A program made the position numbers and the translations under genes. Of a DNA stretch of 64,000 nt, positions 17,729-27,342 are shown in pieces. The notes under the pieces are model-generated. The model saw nothing but the letters and a program-made list of their open reading frames with translations. It searched no databases and was not told the DNA's origin. Positions within the stretch are counted from its first letter, which is position 1; every line of letters begins with the position of its first letter. Location of the stretch: contig OZ246413.1 in assembly GCA_965231085.1 (NCBI GenBank), forward strand, positions 270,638-334,637. The letters run 5' to 3'. Source of the stretch: an uncultured Candidatus Saccharibacteria bacterium (GTDB lineage: Bacteria; Patescibacteriota; Saccharimonadia; Saccharimonadales; UBA10212).

Positions 17729-17989
17729 AACTTAAATTAAACAGCAACGAACGAATATATAACAGCATAACCATTTTAAGTGATTCGACCTACTCATAAT
17801 TCTTCTGCTGGGGTCGAGGGATATCGCTTCTCCTCGGCTAAAGTCTCGGTCGCTCCTTCCTGCGATGCTCGGCAAAAATATGTAAACACATTCTTGCCTT
17901 CGCTTCTCGTTCGCCGAACCATGTATGGTTCGTACCCTCCGTCTCAATTATAGTTCAACCAGCCCACCTGTGGTGAGCTTGTCGAACCA

Positions 17990-18064
17990 TGGCTGGGACG
18001 GTAGGATTCGAACCTACGAATGCTGGTACCAAAAACCAGTGCCTTACCACTTGGCGACGTCCCA
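17990..18064 (-). tRNA. tRNA-Gln (anticodon UUG)
   Basis: Cloverleaf read by hand: acceptor tgggacg/cgtccca, anticodon arm ctggt-ttttggt-accag, T-arm gtagg-ttcgaat-cctac, encoded CCA. Confidence 0.85.
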
Positions 18065-18327
18065 TCGTCGAAACTCGAACTCTGTAATCGTCGGGCGGCT
18101 TTTTTAGAACTAGCCTTCCGACTTCATTTTACATTCGGTTTCTCCTCTCAAAATGAAATGCAGATAAATCTTGGCCTTTCATTTTGGGTAGAACATTAAG
18201 AACTATGCTGGGCTGCTCTTTTCCCTTTAGGAATAAAGCCAACAACCCCGTTATTATAGCGTATTTGGGGCGTTATATACATTATTTTACAGATAAGCCA
18301 ACTATACCTATAATTGCTTACTAGAGT

Positions 18328-19275
18328 ATGCCTAATCAAAATTTCAATGCGGAAGATTACATCTTTCCACTTAATATCAATGGCCTTCGCGGCCGGGTGA
18401 TGCATATACCGTCAACCAAAGGTAAGAAGCGCGAGATACTACTGATATACGGCCACCACTCTAGTTTGGAGCGGATTGGCGGGGTTGCTGAGTTTCTTTC
18501 GGCCTATGGCAATGTTACCGTCCCTGACCTCCCAGGCTTTGGTGGTATGGATTCGTTTTACAAAATTGGCGAGAAGGCCAGCCTCGATAATATGGCCGAT
18601 TATCTAGCCTCATTTATCAAGCTTAAATATAAAAACAAACAGGTTACAATTGTTGGTTTGAGCCTAGGTTTTATGATTGTTACTAAAACACTTCAGAAGT
18701 ATCCGGACATTGCCAAAAGGGTGAATCTTTTGATCAGTGTTGTTGGTTTGGTAAACAAAGAAGATTTTGTTTTTAGTAAACGAACTTATCTAATGCTGCG
18801 TTGGGGCTCATCACTATTTTCTCACCGGCTTACCGCTGCATTTGTAAAATATTTTATTCTAAGAAAAACTCTTATCCGAATAGGCTATGCTCTGGCTGAA
18901 GGCGTCTTTATAAAAGACGAGCACTCGAAGGTCAGAAACATAGATAAAGAAGAGCGAAAACACCGCATTAATTTTGAGATTGGCTTGTGGCAGTCCAACG
19001 ATGTACGGACCTACATGAACATGGGCCTGACCATGTTTACGCTAAATCTGGCCGGTAAACATGTTGACCTGCCGGTCTACCATGTTCTTCTAGACGGCGA
19101 TCGCTACTTTGACAGTACCAATGTAGAGGTTCATATGCGCCAAATTTACAAGGATTACAAACCTATAAAAGTTGAGGCACCAAACCACGCACCATCTGTT
19201 GTAGCCGAGGCTAGCGAGATAGCGCACTATATACCGCCGGCCTTGCGCAAACTTCTAAATAAGGACCCAAGTTAG
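18328..19275 (+). CDS. Alpha/beta-fold hydrolase
   Basis: LLIYGHHSSLERIGG and the nucleophile-elbow-like motif GLSLG. Confidence 0.65.
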   Translation: MPNQNFNAEDYIFPLNINGLRGRVMHIPSTKGKKREILLIYGHHSSLERIGGVAEFLSAYGNVTVPDLPGFGGMDSFYKIGEKASLDNMADYLASFIKLKYKNKQVTIVGLSLGFMIVTKTLQKYPDIAKRVNLLISVVGLVNKEDFVFSKRTYLMLRWGSSLFSHRLTAAFVKYFILRKTLIRIGYALAEGVFIKDEHSKVRNIDKEERKHRINFEIGLWQSNDVRTYMNMGLTMFTLNLAGKHVDLPVYHVLLDGDRYFDSTNVEVHMRQIYKDYKPIKVEAPNHAPSVVAEASEIAHYIPPALRKLLNKDPS

Positions 19276-19294
19276 GGTATACTGATATCAATAT

Positions 19295-20539
19295 ATGAAA
19301 ATCGGCTTAGTTTGCCCACATAATATGTTTGAGCATCCCGGCGGAGTTGCCGAAGTAGTGCTCAACCTGGCCACGGGGCTAGAAAAACGTGGTCATACAG
19401 TAAAAATAATTACTTCACGACCAGCTACCTATAAAGGGCCAATCCCCGAGGATTACATAGTGGTAGGAACTGTCAGGAACTTTAGTGGTGGTTTTGGCAC
19501 CAAAGGTTCTTGGGGCAGCGCCTACAACGTGGCGGAAATTAAACGCATTCTTGAAGAAGAAAAATTTGATGTTATTAATTTCCACGAGCCATGGATACCA
19601 ATGATAGGCATGCAGTTTCTGCTGTTCTCCGATGCGGCACACGTCGGCACATTCCATGCTAACTTGATGGATACTGCGGCGGGCAAGTTCTGGATTAATA
19701 CTTTTTACCCAATCGGGCGACCTTATTTTAAAAAATTCCATATTTTAACGGCACCGTCTAAAGTTCCGGCAGCAATGTTAATAGATAAGGCTAGCGACAA
19801 CGAGCACCACAACTTCTTAGTTAATAACTTTAGATTTATTCCAAACGGTATTAACCTTGCTAAATTTCGGCCCGTTAAGAAGCGAAAGCCTTTAAGTGGG
19901 CCAAACACTAAAACCATTGTTTATGTTGGGAGGCTAGAAAAACGCAAAGGTGTCGATCATTTGCTCGAAGCATTTGACCTTCTGGTAAAAGAAATGCCCA
20001 ATGCCCATTTAATTATTGCCGGCAAGGGTGCTAAGCGCAAAGAACTCGAAAAAATTGTTAAGACCAATGGCACGCCAAATGTAAAATTACTGGGCTTTGT
20101 AACAGATGAAGAAAAAGTAGATTTGTTTGCCAACGCCGATTTGGTTTGCGCTCCGGCGATGTTCGGTGAAAGCTTTGGGATAGTACTAGTTGAAGCCATG
20201 GCCACAGGGGCGCCGGTTATTGGTGGTGCTAATCTAGGCTACAAGAGTGTTATGACTGGCTATGGTCGTCTTGGTTTGGTTGATGCCGAGTCAACAGATG
20301 ATTTTGCTAACCGTCTGGCGGTATTTCTCAACGAGCCAAGTATTAATAATGCAATGAGACAGTGGGGCATTCAGGAGTCCAAACAGTATGAGTACGAAAC
20401 CGTAATCAAGGGTTACGAAGAAGCCTATCGAGCTGCCATTGACCGTAAAAAACACATGGAAGCCAAGAAAGAAAGTAAGAAAAATGGCAGAAAAATCACA
20501 AAAATTATCAATCGGGTTGGTCTACGACGACACTCTTGA
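19295..20539 (+). CDS. Glycosyltransferase family 4 (GT-B)
   Basis: C-terminal motif ESFGIVLVEAMATGAPVI; RLEKRKGVDHLLEAF. Confidence 0.85.
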   Translation: MKIGLVCPHNMFEHPGGVAEVVLNLATGLEKRGHTVKIITSRPATYKGPIPEDYIVVGTVRNFSGGFGTKGSWGSAYNVAEIKRILEEEKFDVINFHEPWIPMIGMQFLLFSDAAHVGTFHANLMDTAAGKFWINTFYPIGRPYFKKFHILTAPSKVPAAMLIDKASDNEHHNFLVNNFRFIPNGINLAKFRPVKKRKPLSGPNTKTIVYVGRLEKRKGVDHLLEAFDLLVKEMPNAHLIIAGKGAKRKELEKIVKTNGTPNVKLLGFVTDEEKVDLFANADLVCAPAMFGESFGIVLVEAMATGAPVIGGANLGYKSVMTGYGRLGLVDAESTDDFANRLAVFLNEPSINNAMRQWGIQESKQYEYETVIKGYEEAYRAAIDRKKHMEAKKESKKNGRKITKIINRVGLRRHS

Positions 20540-21635
20540 TAGCAGCGATGGTGTTGCTCAATACGTCAAAGAGTTAGGTGCATGGCTAAGTTCTCGCGGC
20601 CATAATGTTTTTTATATGTGCGGCGAAACCAAAGCTACTAGCTGGGCTGGCGGCAAGATTTATAGTTTGTCAAAGAATTTGAAGGTTAAATTCAACGGTA
20701 ACGAGCCTAGTATGTCGCTGTTCTCGAAGGCATCTGACATTAATAAGGTACTAAGACAAGAAAAACCAGACGTTATTCATGTAATGATGCCCTACTCACC
20801 ATTTATGGCCCAAAGAGTTATCAAGCGGGCCTACAAGCAGTCGGTGGTGGTTAGTACTTTTCATATTTTTCCATCAGGTTTAGTGGCCAGGGCTGGCACC
20901 AGGTTGCTAGGTTTATTCCAGCACCAAAGCGTTAAGAAAATCAATAAATACCTGGCTGTTAGCCAGGCGGCCCAGGACTTTGCCAAACAAACATTTAAGA
21001 TTGAGACCCAGGTTGTGCCTAACATGGTTGATATTTCAAAATTTTTAACTAGTCCGCAACCAAAAAACTCGGCTAAAAGAATAGTTTTCTTAGGCCGTCT
21101 GGTTGAGCGCAAAGGCTGCCGTCAGCTAATCGAGGCGTTTGAGATAGTCCATAAAGATCTTCCCGATGTTCAGTTAGTTATTGGTGGTAAGGGCCCCGAG
21201 CAAGCCAAGCTAGAGGCCTTGGTTAATAGTCTTGGGCTGAGTGATTCGGTACAGTTTCTAGGCTACGTAGACGAGCAAGTTAAGCCTAAGTTACTAAACA
21301 GCGCCGATGTGGCTTGTTTCCCTTCCCTTTATGGCGAATCATTCGGCATTGTACTAATTGAGGCAATGGCTGCCGGATCCAAGGTTGTGCTTGGCGGTAA
21401 TAATCCAGGCTACAGTAGTGTTCTTGATCCCCAGCCAAAAACCTTAATTGATCCTACTCATCAAACTGAGTTTGCTAACAGACTCATAGAACTTTTATCT
21501 GATAATGATCTGGCTAATACGCTTCACGCTTGGCAGGAACAGTATGTTAAGCAGTTTGACACCAAAGTGGTTGCGAGCACAATCGAGAAGATATATTTTG
21601 ATTTAATTGATAAGAAGCAGCTAAATGAGGCATAA
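20484..21635 (+). CDS. Glycosyltransferase family 4 (GT-B), second copy
   Basis: ESFGIVLIEAMAAGSKVV; RLVERKGCRQLIEAF. Start taken at the ATG at 20484 (MAEKSQKLSIGLVYDD). Confidence 0.85.
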   Translation: MAEKSQKLSIGLVYDDTLDSSDGVAQYVKELGAWLSSRGHNVFYMCGETKATSWAGGKIYSLSKNLKVKFNGNEPSMSLFSKASDINKVLRQEKPDVIHVMMPYSPFMAQRVIKRAYKQSVVVSTFHIFPSGLVARAGTRLLGLFQHQSVKKINKYLAVSQAAQDFAKQTFKIETQVVPNMVDISKFLTSPQPKNSAKRIVFLGRLVERKGCRQLIEAFEIVHKDLPDVQLVIGGKGPEQAKLEALVNSLGLSDSVQFLGYVDEQVKPKLLNSADVACFPSLYGESFGIVLIEAMAAGSKVVLGGNNPGYSSVLDPQPKTLIDPTHQTEFANRLIELLSDNDLANTLHAWQEQYVKQFDTKVVASTIEKIYFDLIDKKQLNEA

Positions 21636-21643
21636 TATTGGTT

Positions 21644-22762
21644 ATGAGTGATTCTGATAAATCGCAGAAGGTCGTAGTTAGCCTTACAAACAGAACAATT
21701 ATTAGAACTATCCTGTGGGTCGTGGTAGCTGTCATTGCCTATAAGATGTTTTTCCGTATCGGGCATATACTAACTCTGATATTTGCCGCCTTCTTTCTAG
21801 CACTTGCACTCAATCCAGTTGTCAGCTGGACCACCAGACGTCTTAAGATAGATAGCCGAGCCAGGGCAACCGCGGCTGCCTATGCCATGGTGATTACTGT
21901 ACTTATAGCGCTCTTTGCCTTGGTTACACCTCCACTTATTAGTCAAACCCGCGATTTTATTAATGAAGTTCCAAAACTTGTTGATGATTTTCAAAAACAA
22001 GATAGTGGGTTAGCCAGAACCGCAAAGCGCTACAATCTGGACGAAAAGATATCTACTAGTGCTAGAGACTTTGCTAAAAATTATGGCAACTTCGGTAGCA
22101 CGATCCTTGATACCGGTAAACGAGTGGCCACAATTATAGCCGAATCAGTCGCGGTTATTGTTATGGCCTTCATGATGCTTGTAGAGGGGCCGTATTGGAT
22201 GGCCTTAATCTGGGGCTTTGTTCCTAAAAAGGACCGAGCTCACGTTAAGGGCCTAGCCCACGAGATGTATAAGGGCGTCAGTGGCTTTGTTAACGGCCAA
22301 GTCATAATCTCGCTGGTTGCGGGGATGTTTACCTTTATCGCACTAACTATTGCAAGTCATATACTTGGAGTTAGTGTTAACGCAGCAGCACTAGCCGGAA
22401 TTGTGGCTGTTTTTGGGTTGATTCCACTCTTCGGAAACCCCATATCCTCCACCATAGTTTTGCTATTCTGTCTGTTAAGCTCGGTCCACCTTGCCATAAT
22501 TATGGCTATCTATTTTGTAGTGTATTACTTTGTGGAAAACCACACCTTCCAGCCATACATTCAGTCTAGGTTAAATAAACTTACAGCGCTGTCAGTCTTT
22601 GTTTCGGCGCTACTAGGTATTGGTTTAGCCGGTTTCATGGGTGCAATCGTTGCCATACCGGCAGCCAGCGCAACTAAAGTTCTTGTAGAAGATTACTTTA
22701 AACGCAGTTCGGGTTCTAACCCACCTTCTACTAAAGGCATAGATACATCTAGCGCTGTTTAA
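21644..22762 (+). CDS. AI-2E family transporter (PerM/UPF0118-like permease)
   Basis: Polytopic membrane protein of about 370 aa with the typical AI-2E layout. ATG at 21644. Confidence 0.65.
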   Translation: MSDSDKSQKVVVSLTNRTIIRTILWVVVAVIAYKMFFRIGHILTLIFAAFFLALALNPVVSWTTRRLKIDSRARATAAAYAMVITVLIALFALVTPPLISQTRDFINEVPKLVDDFQKQDSGLARTAKRYNLDEKISTSARDFAKNYGNFGSTILDTGKRVATIIAESVAVIVMAFMMLVEGPYWMALIWGFVPKKDRAHVKGLAHEMYKGVSGFVNGQVIISLVAGMFTFIALTIASHILGVSVNAAALAGIVAVFGLIPLFGNPISSTIVLLFCLLSSVHLAIIMAIYFVVYYFVENHTFQPYIQSRLNKLTALSVFVSALLGIGLAGFMGAIVAIPAASATKVLVEDYFKRSSGSNPPSTKGIDTSSAV

Positions 22763-24174
22763 AGGCTAAACCAAACAACACCTGCTGGAGTGTCTCGCAA
22801 ACCTATTCTCTGACCAATTAACTCATCTCGTAGCTTGTCAGAAGTGGCCCAGTCCTTTTGGGTCCTGGCTGCCTCGCGCCTGGCTATAACCTGCTTCTGC
22901 TCGCTCGTTATGTCCTTGGTTGAATTCATCAAATCTAGACCAAGTAGGTCGTCAATAAAGCTCAGCCAATTTGTGTAGTTATCAAGGCTATGCTTTTGCA
23001 CACCAAAGTTCTCAACTTGCTCTAGTGTAGAATCAATAGCGGTCAGGATTTGGGGAGTATTAATGTCTTGCTGAGCCTGCTCTAGGATATCAGCCTTGCT
23101 TTTATCAAACGATATAGCTTGTGCTGCTTCTGTACTGGCGGTTGGCTGGAATCTTAGTTCAGCAACGTTTTTAAACCGTCTGAGACGATTTTTAGCTGCA
23201 TCGAGAGCCTCCCAGGTAAAATTAGTTTGATTTCGGTAGTGGCTCTGTAAAACTAGTAGTTTAAAGTCCATCGGGCTGTAGCCTTTTTGCTGAAGATCCT
23301 GCAACCTAAGGCCATTGCCTAGGGACTTACTGATTTTCGTGCCGTCTACCATCATGTGATTGTTGTGTAGCCAGTATTTTGATAGTTCGTGACCAAAAGC
23401 TGCCTCGGTTTGAGCAATTTCATTAGTGTGATGTGTGCCAATATGATCGATCCCACCAGTATGTATATCAATTGGGTCACCTAGAAGAGCGTGGATAATA
23501 GCCGAACATTCTATATGCCAACCTGGGAAGCCCTCACCCCAGGGGCTCGGCCAGTGCATCTCATGATTAGCAAATCGCCCAACGGTGAAAAACCACAGGG
23601 CAAAATCTTGAGGATGATGTTTGGCTGCGTCGGTTACAACCTCATTTCGGGCGCCAACTTCTTTGTCGGATAGTTTTTGGCCAGTTAATTTCCCGTAGTC
23701 CTCAAGCTTACTAGTTTCAAAGTAGATTGCCGCTTCAGTCTTGTAGGCGAAACCTTTATCCACTAATTGACGGATTATGCCAAGTTGCTGATCTATAAAG
23801 TCCGTAGCATTAGCTATCTTGGCTGGCTCTACAAGGCCGAGGTTTTTGAAGTTAACCAAAAAGTCATTGGTATAAAAGTCAGCAACCTCTCGTGGACTCT
23901 TACCTTCCCTTGCTGCACCTTTTTCTAATTTGTCTTCGCCTTCGTCTCCATCGCTCACTAAATGACCGACGTCGGTGATATTCATGACACGATTAACCTT
24001 GCAATCCAGTAGCCTAAGAGTTCGTACTAAAATGTCCCAGTAAATATAGCCGCTATAGTTACCAATATGCTGATAATCATAGACAGTTGGTCCGCATGTA
24101 TATATTTTAACTTCGTCGTCACTAAGTGGCTTAAATTCTTGTTCTTGTCGTGCGAGGGTATTGTATAGAATCAT
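22759..24174 (-). CDS. cysS: Cysteinyl-tRNA synthetase
   Basis: [15 protein letters not shown] (HIGH region) and KISKSLGN (KMSKS). Confidence 0.92.
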   Translation of the reverse strand: MILYNTLARQEQEFKPLSDDEVKIYTCGPTVYDYQHIGNYSGYIYWDILVRTLRLLDCKVNRVMNITDVGHLVSDGDEGEDKLEKGAAREGKSPREVADFYTNDFLVNFKNLGLVEPAKIANATDFIDQQLGIIRQLVDKGFAYKTEAAIYFETSKLEDYGKLTGQKLSDKEVGARNEVVTDAAKHHPQDFALWFFTVGRFANHEMHWPSPWGEGFPGWHIECSAIIHALLGDPIDIHTGGIDHIGTHHTNEIAQTEAAFGHELSKYWLHNNHMMVDGTKISKSLGNGLRLQDLQQKGYSPMDFKLLVLQSHYRNQTNFTWEALDAAKNRLRRFKNVAELRFQPTASTEAAQAISFDKSKADILEQAQQDINTPQILTAIDSTLEQVENFGVQKHSLDNYTNWLSFIDDLLGLDLMNSTKDITSEQKQVIARREAARTQKDWATSDKLRDELIGQRIGLRDTPAGVVWFSL

Positions 24175-25178
24175 TTCTTTTCGATACCATCCAGTAGCTC
24201 AGCTGCGACTTTAATTGTTTCGGTTTTGACTTCGTCTAATGGTCGGCCGTCCTGTAATTTAAATCCGGAGGCATAAGGGTGCCCGCCACCGCCAAAATGT
24301 TCAGCTAGTTTATCGCCAATCCCTTTGCCATAGTTGCAGCGAATTTTACCGGTTATCTTACCGTCTTTATAAACTTTGAAACAAATTGCTACGTCGGTGT
24401 TTTTAGCTAGTCGCATGTCATCGATTACTAGCATAGGTGGATTATAGAGTGGGCTATATTTTTCAATCTCCTCCCAAGGGATAACAACAGTTGCGATTCT
24501 ATCGTCAGCACTAAACTCAACGCGTTTTAGAAGTTCACCCTTGTAGTGAATTAGTTCTGGCTCACGGCGCATAGTTTCGCGTCTAGCACTCTCTAGGGCT
24601 GCAAGACTAACACCAGCTTCAACCAGTTCAGCAATTATGTGTATCGAGCGAGCCGATGTTGCTTCAGATGTTAGGCCTAGGCTGTCGCTCATTATGCCCA
24701 TGGCTAATAGTTCGCTGGCTGGCAAATCGATCTTCCAGCCAAGTTGGCTAGCCAACTCATAGATAACTTCAGCAGTGGCTACCGCTGGGTGGTTACAGAT
24801 AACTTGGGCGTAATCAATTGTTGCGTCAGTTGCATGGTGGTCAAGTATGATAACAGGTTTAGCTGCTAACCAGCCCTTATAACCCTTAATACTTAGTTGC
24901 TCGAGCAATGACTCGGAACTAGTATCAACGATAACCCCAGCGTCAAAGTTGTTGGGTAGCTCATTAACAACCCTATCGGCACCTGGGAAGTAAGCCAGGT
25001 AAGATGGCAGATCAACTCCGCAGTACATCACTACCTCTTTGCCTGCTTCGCCTAGAATTGCCTCCAAGGCCAAGGAGCTGGCCAAACTATCGGCATCTGG
25101 ATTGTCGGCCTGAATCACAACAATCTTGGACGATTGATCAATAATCTTGGCTATTTTTTCAGTTTCTGGGTATTTCAT
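24171..25178 (-). CDS. DHH-family phosphoesterase (NrnA-like)
   Basis: DNPDADSLAS, ILDHHAT (DHH) and GGGGHPYASG (DHHA1). Confidence 0.75.
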   Translation of the reverse strand: MKYPETEKIAKIIDQSSKIVVIQADNPDADSLASSLALEAILGEAGKEVVMYCGVDLPSYLAYFPGADRVVNELPNNFDAGVIVDTSSESLLEQLSIKGYKGWLAAKPVIILDHHATDATIDYAQVICNHPAVATAEVIYELASQLGWKIDLPASELLAMGIMSDSLGLTSEATSARSIHIIAELVEAGVSLAALESARRETMRREPELIHYKGELLKRVEFSADDRIATVVIPWEEIEKYSPLYNPPMLVIDDMRLAKNTDVAICFKVYKDGKITGKIRCNYGKGIGDKLAEHFGGGGHPYASGFKLQDGRPLDEVKTETIKVAAELLDGIEKK

Positions 25179-25206
25179 TGTTTTTATTGTATCCGAATAT
25201 CAGGCA

Positions 25207-25818
25207 CTAAAACAGAGTCTGTCGACCTTCGAGAGCGCGAGTTAATGTAATTTGGTCGGCGTATTCAAGATCGACTCCAACAGGTAAACCTCTAGCCAGC
25301 CTAGTAATTTTTACGGGATAGTCGCTAACTGCCTGGGTTAGGAGTAGAGCCGTACTCTCACCTTCTACGCTACCATTGGTTGCTAGTATTAGTTCCTTAA
25401 CCTTATCATTCTTAATTCGTTTAATAAGTTCTTTAATATGCAACTGCTCAGGGCCAATGCCATCTATCGGTGAAACCAGGCCACCGAGCACATGATAAGT
25501 ACCCTTAAAACTGTTAGTTTTCTCTAGTGCAACAATATCAAAGGGGTCAGCCACAACCGCCACAATTGTTTTGTCTCGTCTTGGGTCGCTATACAGCGAG
25601 CTGACCTTTTCGCTAGAATCAATCAACGCAAACGTAATAGGACAGAACGTAATTTTTGTGTGTATATCCTTAAGGTTGTCGACTAATGAAGCTGCTCGAC
25701 TTTTGTCGGCCTTGAATAGAAAATAAGCATATCTCTCAGCTGTTCGCGGTCCAACTCCGGGGAGCTGCCTAAGAGATTCAATAAGTTCTAGTAACGGCTC
25801 TGGAACGACGGAACCCAT
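25207..25818 (-). CDS. recR: Recombination protein RecR
   Basis: LIESLRQLPGVGPRTAERYAYF (HhH) and a Toprim-like C-terminal half. Confidence 0.88.
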   Translation of the reverse strand: MGSVVPEPLLELIESLRQLPGVGPRTAERYAYFLFKADKSRAASLVDNLKDIHTKITFCPITFALIDSSEKVSSLYSDPRRDKTIVAVVADPFDIVALEKTNSFKGTYHVLGGLVSPIDGIGPEQLHIKELIKRIKNDKVKELILATNGSVEGESTALLLTQAVSDYPVKITRLARGLPVGVDLEYADQITLTRALEGRQTLF

Positions 25819-25822
25819 TGTT

Positions 25823-26116
25823 TTAGAGACCCAAGCTACCTAGAGAACCCATCAGAGGTTGCATTTTCTCGGCAGCCAATTGCTGACTTTTTACAATCGC
25901 TTCTTTAACCGCTTCCTCTACCCAGCCTTCAAGCTGGCCAATATCGTCTAGGTCTACATAGTCTGGGTCGATGTGGATGTGCTTTATCTTTTGCTCACCA
26001 GATATCTCAACCTTAACTGCACCGTTCCCAGCCTCAACAGTGATAATTTCCTTTTGTAGCTCTTTTTGTAATTTGCGTGCCTTCATTACAAGCTTAGCTT
26101 GGTCAAATTTACTCAA
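25823..26116 (-). CDS. YbaB/EbfC-family nucleoid-associated protein
   Basis: Size (97 aa), MKARKLQKELQK...AGNGAVKVEISG, and the conserved dnaX-ybaB-recR neighbourhood. Confidence 0.85.
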   Translation of the reverse strand: MSKFDQAKLVMKARKLQKELQKEIITVEAGNGAVKVEISGEQKIKHIHIDPDYVDLDDIGQLEGWVEEAVKEAIVKSQQLAAEKMQPLMGSLGSLGL

Positions 26117-26140
26117 TTTATCTCTCCCTTTTATACTCTG

Positions 26141-27319
26141 TTATTTTAGCACGTATACCGACTTGGTAGATACCGTGTGTGGCCAAGCCACAAGAGAGTA
26201 TTTTAGGCCGTAATTAATGCTAGCAACTCCAAGCAGTGCAATCAGCAGAATTGCTAAGCCTCGCGGTATTGGATTCCGCGGGAAAACTCCTTGCCACTCG
26301 ATATATAAATATCGTAGGCCAGCTGCTGCCAGCAAGCAGGTCACTATTAAGGTAATTAACAGAGCAGAGTAATTATTTGTTAAGCCACTGCCAATTACGC
26401 CAATGGCCATAATAACTAGCATCCCAATTAACTTAAAACGAGCTCGAGACCATAGAGCATATATACCAAAAATAGATAATACAACTTGAGCAGCGTTAAG
26501 TAGTGGCAAGTAATCTATTTGAAATATAGAGTGATCTTGACTGTGCCAGCCAAGGGTCAAAAAGCTCCAAACTATATTCTTTACAGTATCAAGGTTTGGT
26601 AAATGCTGAGGCAAAAGCAGCAAATCCTTAATCAGGTCTGGATGTCGGGTTAGCCCCATGATCAAAGGTGTAAGTATCAGAAGAACCACCAAGGCAGCAG
26701 CTGCATTAATTCTGCGAGAGTAAAGCATAATTATAGGTTTAATATTAGAGCGAATAGAAAACAAAGAGGCTGCAAGCAACCAAATCATACCGGGGGTGTA
26801 AAGGCTTAGCGCACCAATAGCGGTAAGGCTTAGGTAAACCTGCCAATTTGGTTTATCCATTCTGGAATACCAAAAATAGGCTGCTCCAACTGCCAATGGG
26901 AATAAGAACATAATATCTGCACTGGCGCTTCTTCCAATTAATATCAATGATGGGGTCATAGCCATTAAGAGTGTCGCTACAGTAGCAATCATTCTTCCAA
27001 ACCAGTGTCGGGCAATCTTGTAGAAACAGGCTAAGAAAACTACCGCCAAGATAGCTGAAACTAGTCTAAAATATAATATTTTTTCTAGGCCAGTCTTATG
27101 GACCAAATATAACAGCAATGAGTGAGGAGCGTTGATCGGATCATTAATAATCGAATGTATCGAAGCGCTATTTTTTATAGCTGAGCCTTCAAGAGCGCTA
27201 AAACCAGGCGTTAATTTAGTCAGATGCCAAAAGAATGTAACAAAAATTAGTGAAACACTAGAAAATATCAGCACAAACTGTCTATCAAGCTCCACTCGGG
27301 GTCGTTTAAGGTCAAGCAT
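26141..27319 (-). CDS. Polytopic membrane protein, possibly a GT-C-type glycosyltransferase
   Basis: About 10 TM spans; weak resemblance to ArnT/PMT-like proteins only. Confidence 0.4.
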   Translation of the reverse strand: MLDLKRPRVELDRQFVLIFSSVSLIFVTFFWHLTKLTPGFSALEGSAIKNSASIHSIINDPINAPHSLLLYLVHKTGLEKILYFRLVSAILAVVFLACFYKIARHWFGRMIATVATLLMAMTPSLILIGRSASADIMFLFPLAVGAAYFWYSRMDKPNWQVYLSLTAIGALSLYTPGMIWLLAASLFSIRSNIKPIIMLYSRRINAAAALVVLLILTPLIMGLTRHPDLIKDLLLLPQHLPNLDTVKNIVWSFLTLGWHSQDHSIFQIDYLPLLNAAQVVLSIFGIYALWSRARFKLIGMLVIMAIGVIGSGLTNNYSALLITLIVTCLLAAAGLRYLYIEWQGVFPRNPIPRGLAILLIALLGVASINYGLKYSLVAWPHTVSTKSVYVLK

Positions 27320-27342
27320 TATTAGTTAGTATAGCAAAAAAG

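Noticed and set aside
17782-17793. gattcgacctac, resembling the T-arm of the neighbouring tRNA-Gln (gattcgaacctac), as a possible att remnant.
   Set aside because: It is only about 12 nt with an indel, it lies on the tRNA-proximal side of the OLD gene, and no matching repeat was found at the distal end of the putative island (15034-15100). That is too weak to call an attachment site.
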